Shown one piece after another: positions 12,238 to 23,537 of a stretch of 64,000 bases of DNA. How positions within the stretch are numbered: the stretch's first letter is position 1; the number at the start of each line of letters is the position of its first letter. Below the pieces are notes generated by a model. It did no database searches and had not been told where the DNA came from. It worked only from the letters and a program-made list of their open reading frames with translations. Source of the DNA: an uncultured Planctomycetota bacterium. GTDB lineage: Bacteria > Planctomycetota > Planctomycetia > Gemmatales > Gemmataceae. Made by a program: the position numbers and the translations under genes. The DNA lies in the NCBI GenBank assembly GCA_963849325.1, contig CAWKHF010000002.1, forward strand, positions 256,001 to 320,000. The letters run 5' to 3'.

Positions 12238-13083
12238 ATGCCCGACCCCGATCGCATCCTCCGCACCCTCCGCCGCGCCATTCCCTGCTTCCGCGAGACG
12301 CCCGGCCGTCGCGGTCGAGTGGTGGTCCTGGAAGGGGCCGCCGAAGTCCTTGTCGGCGGCGATCTACACGGCAACGTGGAGAACTTTCGCCGCCTGTTGA
12401 CCGAGGCCGACCTCGCCCGGAATCCCGAGCGGCATTTCGTCCTCCAGGAAGTCATTCACGGCCCGTATCACTACCCGGCCGGCGGCGACAAATCGCACCA
12501 ACTGCTCGACCTGGTAGCGGCGCTGAAATGCCAGTTTCCCCGGCAGGTCCACTTCCTGCTCGGCAACCACGAGCTGGCGCAGCATACGCAGCGGCGCATC
12601 AGCAAGGGCGACCTCGACCTCAACCAGTGCTTCCGCGACGGCGTCGGCACGGCCTACGGCAGCCGGGCGACGGAGGTGTACGCCGTCTATCAGGAACTGC
12701 TGGGGGTCGTGCCGGTGGCGCTTCGGGCGTCTAACCGCGTCTTGCTGACCCATAGTCTGCCGCCGGCCTCGCGCCTGGACGATTTCGACCCCGCCGCCCT
12801 GGAGCGCGACGTCTCCACCGACGCCGATGTGGTGCCCGGCGGTTCCGTACATTCGCTGGTCTGGGGCCGCGATACCCGCGTCGAAACGGCCGTCGCCTTC
12901 CTGGCCAAGATGGACGCCGATCTGCTCATCACCGGGCACGTTCCCTGCGACAACGGCTTCGACGTGCCCAACAATCGGCAGCTCATCCTCGACAGCCTCG
13001 GCACGCCTGCCTGCTATTGCCTGTTCCCCGCCGACCGGCCGCTCACCCATGCGGAACTGATCCAGCACGTTCAGACCCTGTGA
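12238..13083 (+). CDS. Metallophosphoesterase
   Basis: GDLHG, GNHE, THS, TGH motifs. Confidence 0.85.
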   Translation: MPDPDRILRTLRRAIPCFRETPGRRGRVVVLEGAAEVLVGGDLHGNVENFRRLLTEADLARNPERHFVLQEVIHGPYHYPAGGDKSHQLLDLVAALKCQFPRQVHFLLGNHELAQHTQRRISKGDLDLNQCFRDGVGTAYGSRATEVYAVYQELLGVVPVALRASNRVLLTHSLPPASRLDDFDPAALERDVSTDADVVPGGSVHSLVWGRDTRVETAVAFLAKMDADLLITGHVPCDNGFDVPNNRQLILDSLGTPACYCLFPADRPLTHAELIQHVQTL

Positions 13084-13100
13084 GGTTTTGCTAGACAGCC

Positions 13101-13826
13101 ATGTCCACGAACGATGAACTCCGCGCCATCCGGCCGCCGATGCCGGAAACGCCCCCGGACGCCCTCGGATCACTGATCCGCGAGCCGGTGATCGTCGAGG
13201 ATCGCACGTTTGTCATCATCCGGCCAGGCGAATCGGATCGGATGCTCGATCATCCCAGCGTGCGCTCGGCGTTCGCGGCGGACGAATACATGCCGTACTG
13301 GGCCGACCTGTGGCCGGCGGCCCGCATGCTGGCCAAGGCGATCCTCCGCGAGAAGTGGACACCGGGACGGCGGGCGCTGGAAGTCGGCTGCGGCCTGGGT
13401 CTGCCGGGCATCGCCGCCCTGGCGCGCGACCTGCGCGTCACCTTCAGCGATTACGACGCCACCGCCCTGCGCTTCGCCGCCGACAACGCCCGCGCCAACG
13501 GTCTGACCGACTTCGACACACTGCAAATGGACTGGCGCTATCCGCCGGACGGCTTGCAATTCCCGATTCTCCTCGCATCGGACCTCATCTACGAGATGCG
13601 CAATGTCGGCCCGCTGGTCGCCCTCATCAAGAAGATGCTGGAACCGGGCGGCGTCTGCCTGCTGACGGATCAGGACCGCGTACCCTCGCACGTCCTGCGC
13701 GACACACTGACGCAAGAGGGCTTGCCGTTCACCACGAAGATCATGCGCGCCGGCGAACTGGGCGGCCGGCGTCTCAAGGGCACGTTGTACCGAATCATGC
13801 GCGAGGATGGCGCGAACGCTCTTTGA
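13101..13826 (+). CDS. SAM-dependent methyltransferase (lysine/nicotinamide MTase-like)
   Basis: PYWADLWPAA, LEVGCGLGLPG, ASDLIYE. Confidence 0.85.
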   Translation: MSTNDELRAIRPPMPETPPDALGSLIREPVIVEDRTFVIIRPGESDRMLDHPSVRSAFAADEYMPYWADLWPAARMLAKAILREKWTPGRRALEVGCGLGLPGIAALARDLRVTFSDYDATALRFAADNARANGLTDFDTLQMDWRYPPDGLQFPILLASDLIYEMRNVGPLVALIKKMLEPGGVCLLTDQDRVPSHVLRDTLTQEGLPFTTKIMRAGELGGRRLKGTLYRIMREDGANAL

Positions 13827-13890
13827 TTTGCGTCCCCAGAGAGTACCATGAGGGAGGCAGAGTCCCGGCGATCCCTACGGAGGACGATCC

Positions 13891-14106
13891 ATGTCCGGTC
13901 TGGAAATCGAAGCGATCTATGAATGCGGCACCCTCAAGCTGTCGCGCGAATTGCCTTTGCATGAGGGGCAGAAGGTCACCATCACCATCCATCCGCCGGG
14001 CGGCATCGTCGAGCGGGGTTATGGCCGTCTTCGATCGCCCCTCAGCCGCGAGGATTTGGAGCGAGCCGCACTCGACCCGGAGCTTGACATTCTGGAGGGG
14101 CCATGA
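13891..14106 (+). CDS. Antitoxin, AF2212/DUF104-like
   Basis: IEAIYECGTLKL...L.EGQKVTITI; 4-nt overlap with PIN gene. Confidence 0.8.
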   Translation: MSGLEIEAIYECGTLKLSRELPLHEGQKVTITIHPPGGIVERGYGRLRSPLSREDLERAALDPELDILEGP

Positions 14107-14603
14107 CGTTTGCAGACATCGCGGCTGGCCTGGATGTCTTTCTCGACGCCAACATCTTCGTTTATTATGCCGAGCCGCATCCAACGTTCGGGCCGGCCTG
14201 TCAGCAACTGTTGCTCCGGATCGAAAACAAGGAAATTCAAGGTTTCACCTCATCCGCCATCCTCAGTTCCGTGGTTCACCGCGTTATGACGTTGGAGGCG
14301 GTAGCTGTTTTTCAGCGCTCGATGCAAGGCATCGTCAGTTGGCTCAAGCGACACCCTACCGAGATACAGCGATTGTCCCATCACAAACAGGTTGTAGACG
14401 ATCTTTCCCTCTTCGGCATTCAGGTGCTGCCCGTAACTTCTCCTCAGGTATCTCTCGCGGCCGACCTCAGTTCGCAGTTCGGTATCCTGACCGACGACGC
14501 CCTCGTTGTCTCCGTCATGCGGCACCATGGCTTGCAAGCGCTGGCCAGCCACGACGCCGACTTCGACCGTGTGTCGGGATTGACCCGCTACGCTCCCGTT
14601 TAG
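14103..14603 (+). CDS. vapC: PIN-domain VapC toxin
   Basis: FLDANIF, DDAL, ASHDADFDRV. Confidence 0.85.
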   Translation: MTFADIAAGLDVFLDANIFVYYAEPHPTFGPACQQLLLRIENKEIQGFTSSAILSSVVHRVMTLEAVAVFQRSMQGIVSWLKRHPTEIQRLSHHKQVVDDLSLFGIQVLPVTSPQVSLAADLSSQFGILTDDALVVSVMRHHGLQALASHDADFDRVSGLTRYAPV

Positions 14604-14641
14604 GACGTTCTCCTCTTACGTTCCTCGTTGCGAAGCACCCC

Positions 14642-16080
14642 ATGACTACCTCCAGCACGACCGTCCTGATCGACCGCCTCCGCGCCATCGTCGGCCGCGA
14701 CGCCATCCTGACCTCGCCCAGCGAGCTTGCTCGTCTACGAGTGCGACGGCTTCACCATCGAGAAGAACAAGCCCGACGTGGTCGTCTTCCCGACCACGAC
14801 CGAGCAGGTCGTGCAGATCGTCCAGGCCTGCAACGAGCTGGACGTGCCGTTCCTGCCGCGCGGCGCCGGCACCAGCCTGGCCGGCGGCTGCCTGCCGGTC
14901 GGCGGCGGCGTCATGATTGCTCTGTCGCGGATGAAACGCATCCTCGAAGTCGATTACCGCAACCGCTACGCCGTCGTCGAGCCGGGCGTCGTCAACCTCT
15001 GGCTGACCAACCACCTCAAGGCCGCACGGCTACCACTTCGCCCCGGACCCGTCCAGCCAGGGCGCCTGCACCATCGGCGGCAACGTCGCCACCAACTCCG
15101 GCGGGCCGCACACCCTCAAGTACGGCGTCACCGTCAACCACGTCCTCGGCGTCGAGATCGTCCTGCCCGACGGCCGGGTCGTTCGCACCGGCGGGCCGGC
15201 CGAGGACAATCCCGGCTACGACCTGACCGGCGTCATCGTCGGCTCGGAGGGCACCTTCGGCATCGCCACCAAGGCGTGGGTGCGCATCACGCGCAACCCG
15301 GAGGCGTACCGCACGCTGCTCGGCGTCTTCGAGACGGTGGACGACGCCACCAACACCATCAGCGACCTCATCGGCGCCGGCATCGTCCCGGCGGCCCTGG
15401 AGATGCTCGACACGCTCATCCTGCAAGCGGTCGAGGCGGCGTTTCACTTCGGCTTTCCGCTCGACGCCGGCGCCGTGCTCATCATGGAGGTGGACGGCCT
15501 GGAGGCCGGCCTGGACGACGAGGCCGAGCGCATCACGGCCATCGCCAGGAAGAACCACGCCCGCGAGGTGCGGCGAGCGGCCACCGACGCCGAACGGCTG
15601 CTGTTGTGGAAGTCGCGCAAGCAGGCGTTCGGCGCCGTCGGCCGGCTGGCGCCGAGCTACTGCACCCAGGACGGCGTCGTGCCGCGCACGCAGCTGCCGC
15701 ACATCCTCCGCGAGATCCAGCGCATCGGCGAGAAATACGATCTGCGCATCTGCAACGTCTTCCACGCCGGCGACGGCAACATTCACCCGATCCTGCTGTT
15801 CGACGAACGCGACGCCGACCAGGTGCGGCGCGTGCTGGCGGCCAGCCACGAGATCCTCGACGAGTGCATCCGCGTCGGCGGCAGCGTCACCGGCGAGCAC
15901 GGCATCGGCGTCGAGAAAATCGACTTCATGCCGAAGCTGTTCACGCCGGAAGATTTGGGGATGATGTTGCGATTGCGAGCCGCGTTCAACCCGGAGGGCC
16001 GGTGCAGCCCGCGCAAGATGCTGCCGACGGCCGGCGCCTGCATCGAGCCGAGCAAGGCCGGCCGGCATGCGGCACTGTGA
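14642..16080 (+). CDS. glcD: FAD-linked glycolate/lactate oxidase subunit (frameshifts near 14725 and 15022)
   Basis: YECDG, RGAGTSLAGG, PDPSSQ..CTIGGN, FHAGDGNIHP, GEHGIG. Confidence 0.85.
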
Positions 16081-16131
16081 ACAACCGGCGGAGTTGGAAC
16101 CGCTCATCTATTCTTCCGCGAGGAGATGCTC

Positions 16132-16600
16132 ATGTGCGACATCATCATGCTCATTTTCGGCATCATCACCCTGATACGGGGGAAGTTCCTCCTCACCCGT
16201 GCCAAGGAGGTCCGCGGCGTCCCGCGCGGATCATCGGCGCTGTCCTGATACTACCTTGGCCGTTGGCGTTCGTACTGGGTGCTGCGCTGGGCCTGGTGAT
16301 GGGGAGCATGGGTAAAGATGTCGAGGACATGAAATCGGCTGGGATGATCCTGGGCATCGCCGTTACGGGGGCTGCTTCGTCGCCGCCATCGTCATCGCTC
16401 TGTTCACGGCCAAGCCGGTTGTTAAAGAGCCCTCCGGTCGTAGGCGAAACGTGCTGATCGACGAGGAATTGCCCGAGGAATATGCGGATCGTTTTCGTCC
16501 CGGCGCCGCCAGCGGCAATGCCAGCCGAGCTGAGAGCGAGGACATCACCGAGCGGAAACTTCGGCCGGAGCAGCAGCCCGACGATCGCATCCGAGAATAA
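16132..16600 (+). CDS. Small membrane protein of unknown function (apparent frameshifts)
   Basis: AGGAG RBS; MCDIIMLIFGIITLIRGKF..., two more hydrophobic segments, charged tail ending TAA abutting the glcE ATG. Confidence 0.55.
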
Positions 16601-17898
16601 ATGGACGTCGGACAGACATCATTCGGAGAATGGGCCATCGTGGAAGAGAATGCCTGTTCCATCGACGACTTCGGTCCCCTGCCGATCGTCCGGCCGAGCA
16701 GCATCGCCGAGGTCGGCGACCTCGTCCGCCGTGCTGACGCCGAGGGACAGGCTCTCTATCCGCTGGGCGGCCGAACGCTGCTCGGCGTCGGCCTGCCGCC
16801 GACGCGGCCCGGCTACGGCAGTCGATCTGCGTGGCCTGTCGCAAGTCCTCGATTATCCGGCCCGCGACATGACCATCACCGTGCAGGCGGGCATCACCCT
16901 CGCCGAGCTGCAATCCCTGCTGGCACGGGAGAACCAACGGCTGCCGATCGACGTGCCGCGGCCGGAACAGGCCACCCTCGGCGGCGCTCTGGCGGTCAAT
17001 GTCAGCGGATCGCGCCGCCTCGGCTTCGGCACGCTGCGCGATTACGTCATCGGCATCAGCACCGTCAACGACGAGGGCCACGAGACCAAGGCCGGCGGTC
17101 GCGTCGTCAAGAATGTGGCCGGCTACGATCTGTGCAAGCTGCACGTCGGGGCATTGGGCACACTCGGCATCATCACGCAGGTCACGCTCAAGCTGCGGCC
17201 ACTGCCCGAGGCGCGGGCACTCCTCACCTTCGGCTGCGAAACCGCGGCGCTGGGCCGTCTGCTCGACCAGCTGCACCAGCTCGCGCACCCGACCCGTCTG
17301 CGTGGACGTGCTCAACCGCGCGGCGGCGAATCGTCTCGCCGGCCAGACGGGGGTGGATCTGCCCGAGGCGCCGTGGTTGCTCGTGACGGGATTCGAGGAC
17401 AACGGCGAGGCGGTCGGCTGGCAGGTGCGGCAGTTGCTCCAGGAGATCAAGCCCGCCGACATTCAGGGGCTGGAAGCGCGGGCCGGCGATGCCGGCGAAC
17501 CGTTGTGGCACGGTCTCGTGGAATTCACGGCCCCTCCCCCGGAGGGTCTGACGTTCAAGGCCAACCTCTTACCACAGGCGGTCGCCTCCTTCTGCCAGCA
17601 GGCGGCGACGTTGCCCGAGCCGATCCGTCTGCACGCCCACGCCGGCTCGGGCATCGTTCGCGGACAGTTCGACGGCGACTTGACCTTGCCGCGCGTCGCC
17701 GCCATGCTGAAAGAACTGACCGATACGGCCGTCCGCGCCGAGGGCAATCTCGTCCTGCCGAGGTGCCCCGTGCCATGGAAGCGCGAACTCCCCGTCTGGG
17801 GACGCGAGCGCGGCGACCTCTGGCTAATGCGTCAAGTGAAGGAAAAACTTGACCCGCGCCGCCTGTTCAACCCCGGCCGTTTCGTCGGAGGGATTTGA
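16601..17898 (+). CDS. glcE: Glycolate oxidase FAD-binding subunit (frameshifts near 16815 and 17280)
   Basis: KAGGRVVKNVAGYDLCKL, LDPRRLFNPGR. Confidence 0.85.
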
Positions 17899-17927
17899 GA
17901 CGGCCGGGCATTCGGATAGCGAGATTC

Positions 17928-19266
17928 ATGAACACCACCGTGGAAAGGCAGCGCACCACTTTGCCGGTCGTTACCGGCGGTTCCCAGCACGGGCGCAACA
18001 TCGACTACGAGCTGTTCATGGACTGCGTTCACTGCGGTCTGTGCCTGGGTTCGTGTCCCACTTACGTCGAGACCGGCAACGAGAACGACAGTCCACGCGG
18101 CCGGATTTACCTGTGGCGGGCCGTCACGGACGGTCGAACCGAGCTGAGCGACGAGGTACGGCGGCATCTCGACCTGTGCCTGGAGTGCCTGGCCTGCGAG
18201 ACCGCCTGTCCCTCCGGCGTGCAGTATCGCCACATCATCGGCTCGTACAAGAAGGACGTGGCTGGTCTCGGCCCGGTCTTTCCAACGCTGAACGCCGTGC
18301 AGCGTTGGACGTTGTTCCATCTGACGCCGTACGCTCGTCGCATGCGCTGGGCGCTGGCCCCGGTACGGCTGATGCAGCGTCTGGGACTCGGCGGCCGTGG
18401 TGCGCGGCATGAGCCGGCTGCTGCCGCCGTCGCTGCGGCGCATGCAGGAGATTGTGCCGCGGCTGGCACCGCACTACGGTCGGCTGCCCGAGTTCCTCCC
18501 AGCCGAGGGCCGGCGGCGGGCGCGCGTCGTTCTGTTCGTCGGTTGCGCCGCCGACGCCTTCTTTCCGCAAACGACGCTGGCCACGGCGCGGGTGCTGCAG
18601 CGCAACGGCTGCGATGTGTGGGTGCCGCGTACGCAGGGCTGTTGCGGTGCCCTGCACGAACATGCCGGCCTGGTCGAGCCGGCCCGTCGGTTTGCCTCCG
18701 CTAACTGTGCCGCCTTTGGGCAACAACTCGCCGAGGTCGATGCCATTATCAACAACGCCGGCGGCTGCGGTCCGGTGCTCAAGGAGTATGGCCATCTGCT
18801 GGAAAAGACGCCGGACGCCGCTGTCGCCGCTTCGTTCGCCGCCAAGGTGCGCGACATCAGCGAATTCCTCGTCGAGCTGGGACCGATCGCCCCGCAGCAC
18901 CCGCTGAAGATCCGGGCGACCTACCACGACGCCTGTGGACTCAGCCACGCCCAGAAGATTCGTCAGCCGCCGCGCCAGCTGCTGGAGATGATTCCCGGCC
19001 TGCAACTGGTCCCGCTCGCCGAGAGTGAATTCTGCTGCGGCGCGGCCGGAAGTTACAACCTGACGCAGCCGGAGATGTCGCGGCAGCTCGGCGAGCGCAA
19101 GGCGCGGAACATCGTCAAAACCGAGGCCCGCGCCGTCTTCACCGGCAACGTCGGCTGCCTGCTTCAAATCGCCCGCCATCTACGCGAACAGCATCCGGAC
19201 ATCTGGGTAGCCCACCCTATTGACGCCCTATGGGCCAGTTACAGCGGCGAAACGCCAATACAATGA
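17928..19266 (+). CDS. glcF: Glycolate oxidase Fe-S subunit (frameshift near 18395)
   Basis: CVHCGLCLGSCPTY, CLECLACETACPSGV, two CCG domains. Confidence 0.88.
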
Positions 19267-19345
19267 ACCACAGATGCACACAGATGAACACGGATAAAGA
19301 AAAAGATTGGTTTTCATCCGTGTTTATCTGTGTTCATCCGTGGTT
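19266..19345. repeat. Inverted decamer tandem repeat (ACACAGATGA-like x3 per arm)
   Basis: 30-bp arms 19266-19295 and 19316-19345 with A/T-rich spacer. Confidence 0.85.
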
Positions 19346-19366
19346 AATTTCTTTGTGAGGAGTATC

Positions 19367-20245
19367 ATGCACATTCACGGCATCATTCCGCCCGTCGCCA
19401 CGCCCATGCAGGCCAACGAAGACCTCGACCTGCCGCGTTTGAAGTGGTTTATCGACCACCTCATCGCCAACGGCGTCCACGGCATTTTCGTGCTCGGCAC
19501 CAACAGCGAGTTCTACGCCCTGGACGAACGCGAGAAGCAGGAAGTCATCGCCACGGCGGTTGCCCACGTCAACAAGCGCGTGCCCGTTTATGCCGGCACC
19601 GGCGCCGAGACGACGCGCGAGGTCGTGCGCCTGACGAAGATGGCCGAGCGCGAGGGCGCCGACGGCGTCTCGGTCATCACGCCGTACTTCATCAGTCCGA
19701 CGCAGCAGGAGATTTACGACCATTATCGCCGCATCGCCGAGCACACGCGGCTGCCGGTGATCCTGTACAACAACCCCGGCACCTGCGGCGGCGTCAAGAT
19801 CGACGTGGATACCGTGGTCCGCCTGGCGGAGATTCCCAACATCCTGGCCATCAAGGATTCCAGCGGCGACTTGCAGAACACCAACGAGATGATCCGGGCC
19901 GTGCCGCCGCGCTTCTCCGTGCTCATGGGCCGCGACACGCTCATCTTCTCGGCCTTGATGTTCGGCGCGCGGGGGGCGGTGCCGGCGACGGGCAACATCG
20001 CCCCGGCCCTGCTGGCGGAGATTTACAACGCCTTCCAGCGCGGCGACCTGGAGGCGTCGAAGGCGGCGCAGCTGCGGCTCAATCCGCTGCGGCTGGCGCT
20101 CGCCCTGGGTACGGCCCCCGGCGCCGTCAAGGCGGCGTTGCAAGTGTTGGGTCTGTCGATTGGGCCGTGTCGTTCGCCGGTGTCGGGATTGTTGGCCGAT
20201 AAACTACCGAAGATGCGTGCGGCCCTGGAGGCCGCGGGGTTATGA
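19367..20245 (+). CDS. DapA/NAL-family aldolase
   Basis: GTNSE, ILYNNP, IKDSSGD motifs. Confidence 0.88.
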   Translation: MHIHGIIPPVATPMQANEDLDLPRLKWFIDHLIANGVHGIFVLGTNSEFYALDEREKQEVIATAVAHVNKRVPVYAGTGAETTREVVRLTKMAEREGADGVSVITPYFISPTQQEIYDHYRRIAEHTRLPVILYNNPGTCGGVKIDVDTVVRLAEIPNILAIKDSSGDLQNTNEMIRAVPPRFSVLMGRDTLIFSALMFGARGAVPATGNIAPALLAEIYNAFQRGDLEASKAAQLRLNPLRLALALGTAPGAVKAALQVLGLSIGPCRSPVSGLLADKLPKMRAALEAAGL

Positions 20246-20263
20246 GCGAACACGTGTTTGTTG

Positions 20264-20337
20264 TCCGAGCCTGAAGCGTAAGCGAAGAGCACGGCAACCT
20301 TCGGTTGCCGTTCCTTCGCTTACGCTTCAGGCTCGGA
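20264..20337. repeat. REPIN-like inverted repeat, family D (AGCC[T/G]GAAGCGTAAGCGAA)
   Basis: Inverted arms plus inner hairpin; relatives at 41679 and 52637. Confidence 0.85.
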
Positions 20338-20349
20338 GGAGATCCTGAC

Positions 20350-21276
20350 GTGAAACTGGGTTTCGTCAGCGCCATTCTGCCCGAGCAAAGTCTCGAACAG
20401 GTTCTGCGCTTCGCCGCCGACATCGGCTACGATTGCGTCGAGCTGATGTGCTGGCCGGTCAGCAAGGCGGAGCGCCGCTACGCTGGCGTCACGCACCTGG
20501 ACGCGACCGACTTCCGCGACACCGACGCCGAGCGCGTCCGGCGTCTGAACGCCGAGACCGGCGTGTCGATCAGCGGATTGGGCTACTACCCTAATCCGTT
20601 GGCGCCCGATGAAGACGAATCGCGGCGGGCCGTTGAACATCTTCGCGCCGTGATCCGCGCCGCCGCCCGGCTCGGCGTGCCGCAGGTCAACACCTTCATC
20701 GGCCGCGATGGGAAAAAGTCGGTGGACGAAAACTGGTCGCGCTTTCTCAACGTGTGGCGGCCGCTCGTCGGCTTCGCCGAGGAGCAACGAGTGCACATCG
20801 GCATCGAAAACTGTCCGATGCTGTTCACGGCAGACGAATGGCCCGGCGGCAAGAACCTGGCGACGTCGCCGGCCATCTGGCGGCGCATGTTCCAGGACAT
20901 CCCCAGCCCCAACTTCGGACTCAATTTCGATCCCTCGCACCTGGTCTGGCAGCACATGGACTACGTGCGGCCGCTGCGCGAGTTCCGCGATCGCCTCTTC
21001 CACGTCCATGCCAAGGACGCGCGGGTGGACCGCCATCGCCTCGATGATGCCGGTATCCTGGCCGTGCCGCTGGAGTATCACACGCCGAAGTTGCCCGGCC
21101 TGGGCGACGTCGATTGGGGAGCGTTTTTCTCGGCCCTCAACGAGGCCGGGTATCGCGGCCCCGTGTGCGTCGAGGTCGAGGACCGCGCCTACGAAGGTTC
21201 GCTGGAGTCGCGGTGGGCGGCGCTGCGCCAGAGCCTGACGTATCTACGCAACTTCGTGCCGGTGCGCCGCGACTGA
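20350..21276 (+). CDS. Sugar phosphate isomerase/epimerase
   Basis: IENCPM, FDPSH, HVHAKD, VEVED. Confidence 0.88.
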   Translation: MKLGFVSAILPEQSLEQVLRFAADIGYDCVELMCWPVSKAERRYAGVTHLDATDFRDTDAERVRRLNAETGVSISGLGYYPNPLAPDEDESRRAVEHLRAVIRAAARLGVPQVNTFIGRDGKKSVDENWSRFLNVWRPLVGFAEEQRVHIGIENCPMLFTADEWPGGKNLATSPAIWRRMFQDIPSPNFGLNFDPSHLVWQHMDYVRPLREFRDRLFHVHAKDARVDRHRLDDAGILAVPLEYHTPKLPGLGDVDWGAFFSALNEAGYRGPVCVEVEDRAYEGSLESRWAALRQSLTYLRNFVPVRRD

Positions 21277-21309
21277 GAGATGATTCATCCCCTTATCGGA
21301 GTGCTGAGG

Positions 21310-22038
21310 GTGGACTATCGCTACGAAGACATCGCCAAGATGATCGACCACTCGCTGCTGAACCCAACGCTGACAGCGGCCGATCTGGAGGCGGGGTGCC
21401 GCCTGGCGTTGACCTACGACGTGGCGAGCGTCTGCGTCCTGCCGTATTACCTGAAGCGATGCGGACAGCTCCTTCGCGGCAGCACGGTGAAGGCCAGCAC
21501 GACGGTCGGTTTCCCACACGGCGGCCACACGACGGCGGTAAAGCGGGCCGAGGCCGAGCAAGCCCTGGCCGACGGCTGTCAGGAACTGGACATGGTTGTG
21601 AACATCAGCCAGGTGTTGAGCGGCGTGTGGGATTACGTCCGCGACGACATCCGCGCGGTGATCGACGTCGCCCACGCCGCCGGGCAGAAGGTGAAGGTCA
21701 TCTTCGAGAACTGTTACCTGCGGGATGAACACAAGGTCCGGCTGTGCCAGCTGTGCAGCGACGTGAACGCCGACTGGGTGAAGACCTCGACCGGCTACGC
21801 CAGCGGCGGAGCGACGATGGACGACTTGCGGTTGATGCGCCAGCACGCGGCGCCGCACGTTCAGGTCAAGGCCGCCGGCGGTGTGCGCGACCTCGACACG
21901 CTGCTGCAAGTGCGAGCGCTGGGCGTCTCACGGGTCGGGGCCAGCCGTACCCGCGAAATGCTCGACGAATGCCGCTGCCGGCTTGGACTGCCCGCGCTCG
22001 CCTCTACCACGGCCGGCGTCGGCAGCATGGGCTATTAA
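21310..22038 (+). CDS. deoC: Deoxyribose-phosphate aldolase
   Basis: IDHSLL, VGFPHG, ELDMV, KTSTG, VKAAGGVR. Confidence 0.93.
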   Translation: MDYRYEDIAKMIDHSLLNPTLTAADLEAGCRLALTYDVASVCVLPYYLKRCGQLLRGSTVKASTTVGFPHGGHTTAVKRAEAEQALADGCQELDMVVNISQVLSGVWDYVRDDIRAVIDVAHAAGQKVKVIFENCYLRDEHKVRLCQLCSDVNADWVKTSTGYASGGATMDDLRLMRQHAAPHVQVKAAGGVRDLDTLLQVRALGVSRVGASRTREMLDECRCRLGLPALASTTAGVGSMGY

Positions 22039-22074
22039 AGCGCCAGCGGCGAGGACTCTCGACACGGAGTTGAC

Positions 22075-23418
22075 ATGACCACCCCGCGCACGTGTCGGCT
22101 CGTCACGCTCGGTTGCAAGGTCAACCAGTACGAGACGCAGTACGTCAAGGAAACGCTGGAGTCCAACGGCTACGTCGAGGCGGCGGAGGGCCAGGACGCG
22201 GACCTGTGCGTCGTCAACACCTGCACTGTTACGGCCGAGGGCGACGCCAAGAGCCGGCAGGCGGTGCGTCGTCTGCATCAGGCGCATCCGCAAGCCGGCA
22301 TCGTGGTCATGGGCTGCTATGCCACGCGCGATCCGGACGCCGTCGGCCGTCTGCCCGGCGTCGTCAAGGTCGTCACCGACAAGACGCGACTCCTGGAGGA
22401 ACTGGGGCCGTTCGGCGTTCTTCACCCGATTGACGGCATCTCGCGTTTCGACGACCATCAGCGGGCCTTCGTCAAGGTGCAGGACGGTTGTCTGTTGAAT
22501 TGCAGTTACTGCATCATCCCCCACGTCCGCCCCGTGTTGCGCAGCCGGACGCCGGAGGAGATCGGCGCGGAAGTCGAGCGCCTGGTCGCCAACGGCTACC
22601 GCGAGGTCGTTCTGACGGGCATCCACCTGGGGCATTACGGCATCGATCTCAGCCGTGGCCAGCCGAAAGGTGAGTGGTGCCGCTTGTGGCACCTGCTCGA
22701 ACGGTTGGCCGGCCTGCCCGGCGACTTCCGCATTCGCCTCAGCAGCCTCGAAGCGGCCGAGGCGCGCGACGATCTGGTGCGCGTGCTGGCCGAACAGCCG
22801 CGTATCTGTCCTCACCTGCACCTGTGCCTGCAAAGCGGCTCCGACCGCATTCTGGCACGCATGAAGCGGCGCTACCGCAGCGGCGGCTTTCTCGAACGCT
22901 GCCGCCGTATCCGGGCGGCGCTCGACCAGCCCGCACTGACCACCGACGTCATCCTCGGCTTCCCCGGCGAGACCGACGCCGACTTCGAGGCGACCTGCCG
23001 CGTGGTGCGTGAGGCGGGTTTCGCGCGTCTGCATCTTTTTTCTTACAGTGCGCGTCAGGGGACCGAGGCGGCCGGCTGGCGCGAGACTGTGCCGCCGGTC
23101 GTGGTCGCCGAGCGGCGAGCGCGACTGCTGGAGATCGAACGCGAATTGATGACGGCTTACGGCCGCAGCCTGCTGGGCCGGCGCCTCGACGTTCTGGTCG
23201 AGGGGGCCGACCTGCGGCGGCCCGGCTTCGTGCGCGGCACGTCCTGTCGCTCGGTCCCGGTCGTCTGCCGCGGTCACGCCCCGGCCTTGATTCGCCGCCG
23301 CATCCCCGTGCGTGCCGTCGCCGTGTCCGACGGAGTCGTGCTGGGGGAAGCGGAATGCGGGGACATCGGGCCGTCCGAGCGCACGAGCGATAGGCGACTC
23401 ACGCTGCCGCTGATGTGA
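22075..23418 (+). CDS. mtaB: tRNA methylthiotransferase (MtaB-type radical SAM)
   Basis: TLGCKVNQYE, NTCTVT, KVQDGCLLNCSYC. Confidence 0.9.
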   Translation: MTTPRTCRLVTLGCKVNQYETQYVKETLESNGYVEAAEGQDADLCVVNTCTVTAEGDAKSRQAVRRLHQAHPQAGIVVMGCYATRDPDAVGRLPGVVKVVTDKTRLLEELGPFGVLHPIDGISRFDDHQRAFVKVQDGCLLNCSYCIIPHVRPVLRSRTPEEIGAEVERLVANGYREVVLTGIHLGHYGIDLSRGQPKGEWCRLWHLLERLAGLPGDFRIRLSSLEAAEARDDLVRVLAEQPRICPHLHLCLQSGSDRILARMKRRYRSGGFLERCRRIRAALDQPALTTDVILGFPGETDADFEATCRVVREAGFARLHLFSYSARQGTEAAGWRETVPPVVVAERRARLLEIERELMTAYGRSLLGRRLDVLVEGADLRRPGFVRGTSCRSVPVVCRGHAPALIRRRIPVRAVAVSDGVVLGEAECGDIGPSERTSDRRLTLPLM

Positions 23419-23537
23419 GGCCCGGCAGGCGCTTGACATCCGGAAGCGGAAGATTACGGTGAAGGGGTGCGAGGGGCTCGCAACAAACGGCGTCGAACGC
23501 TGCCGGGGTTACACCTCATCTCCGTGAGGGCCGAGAC

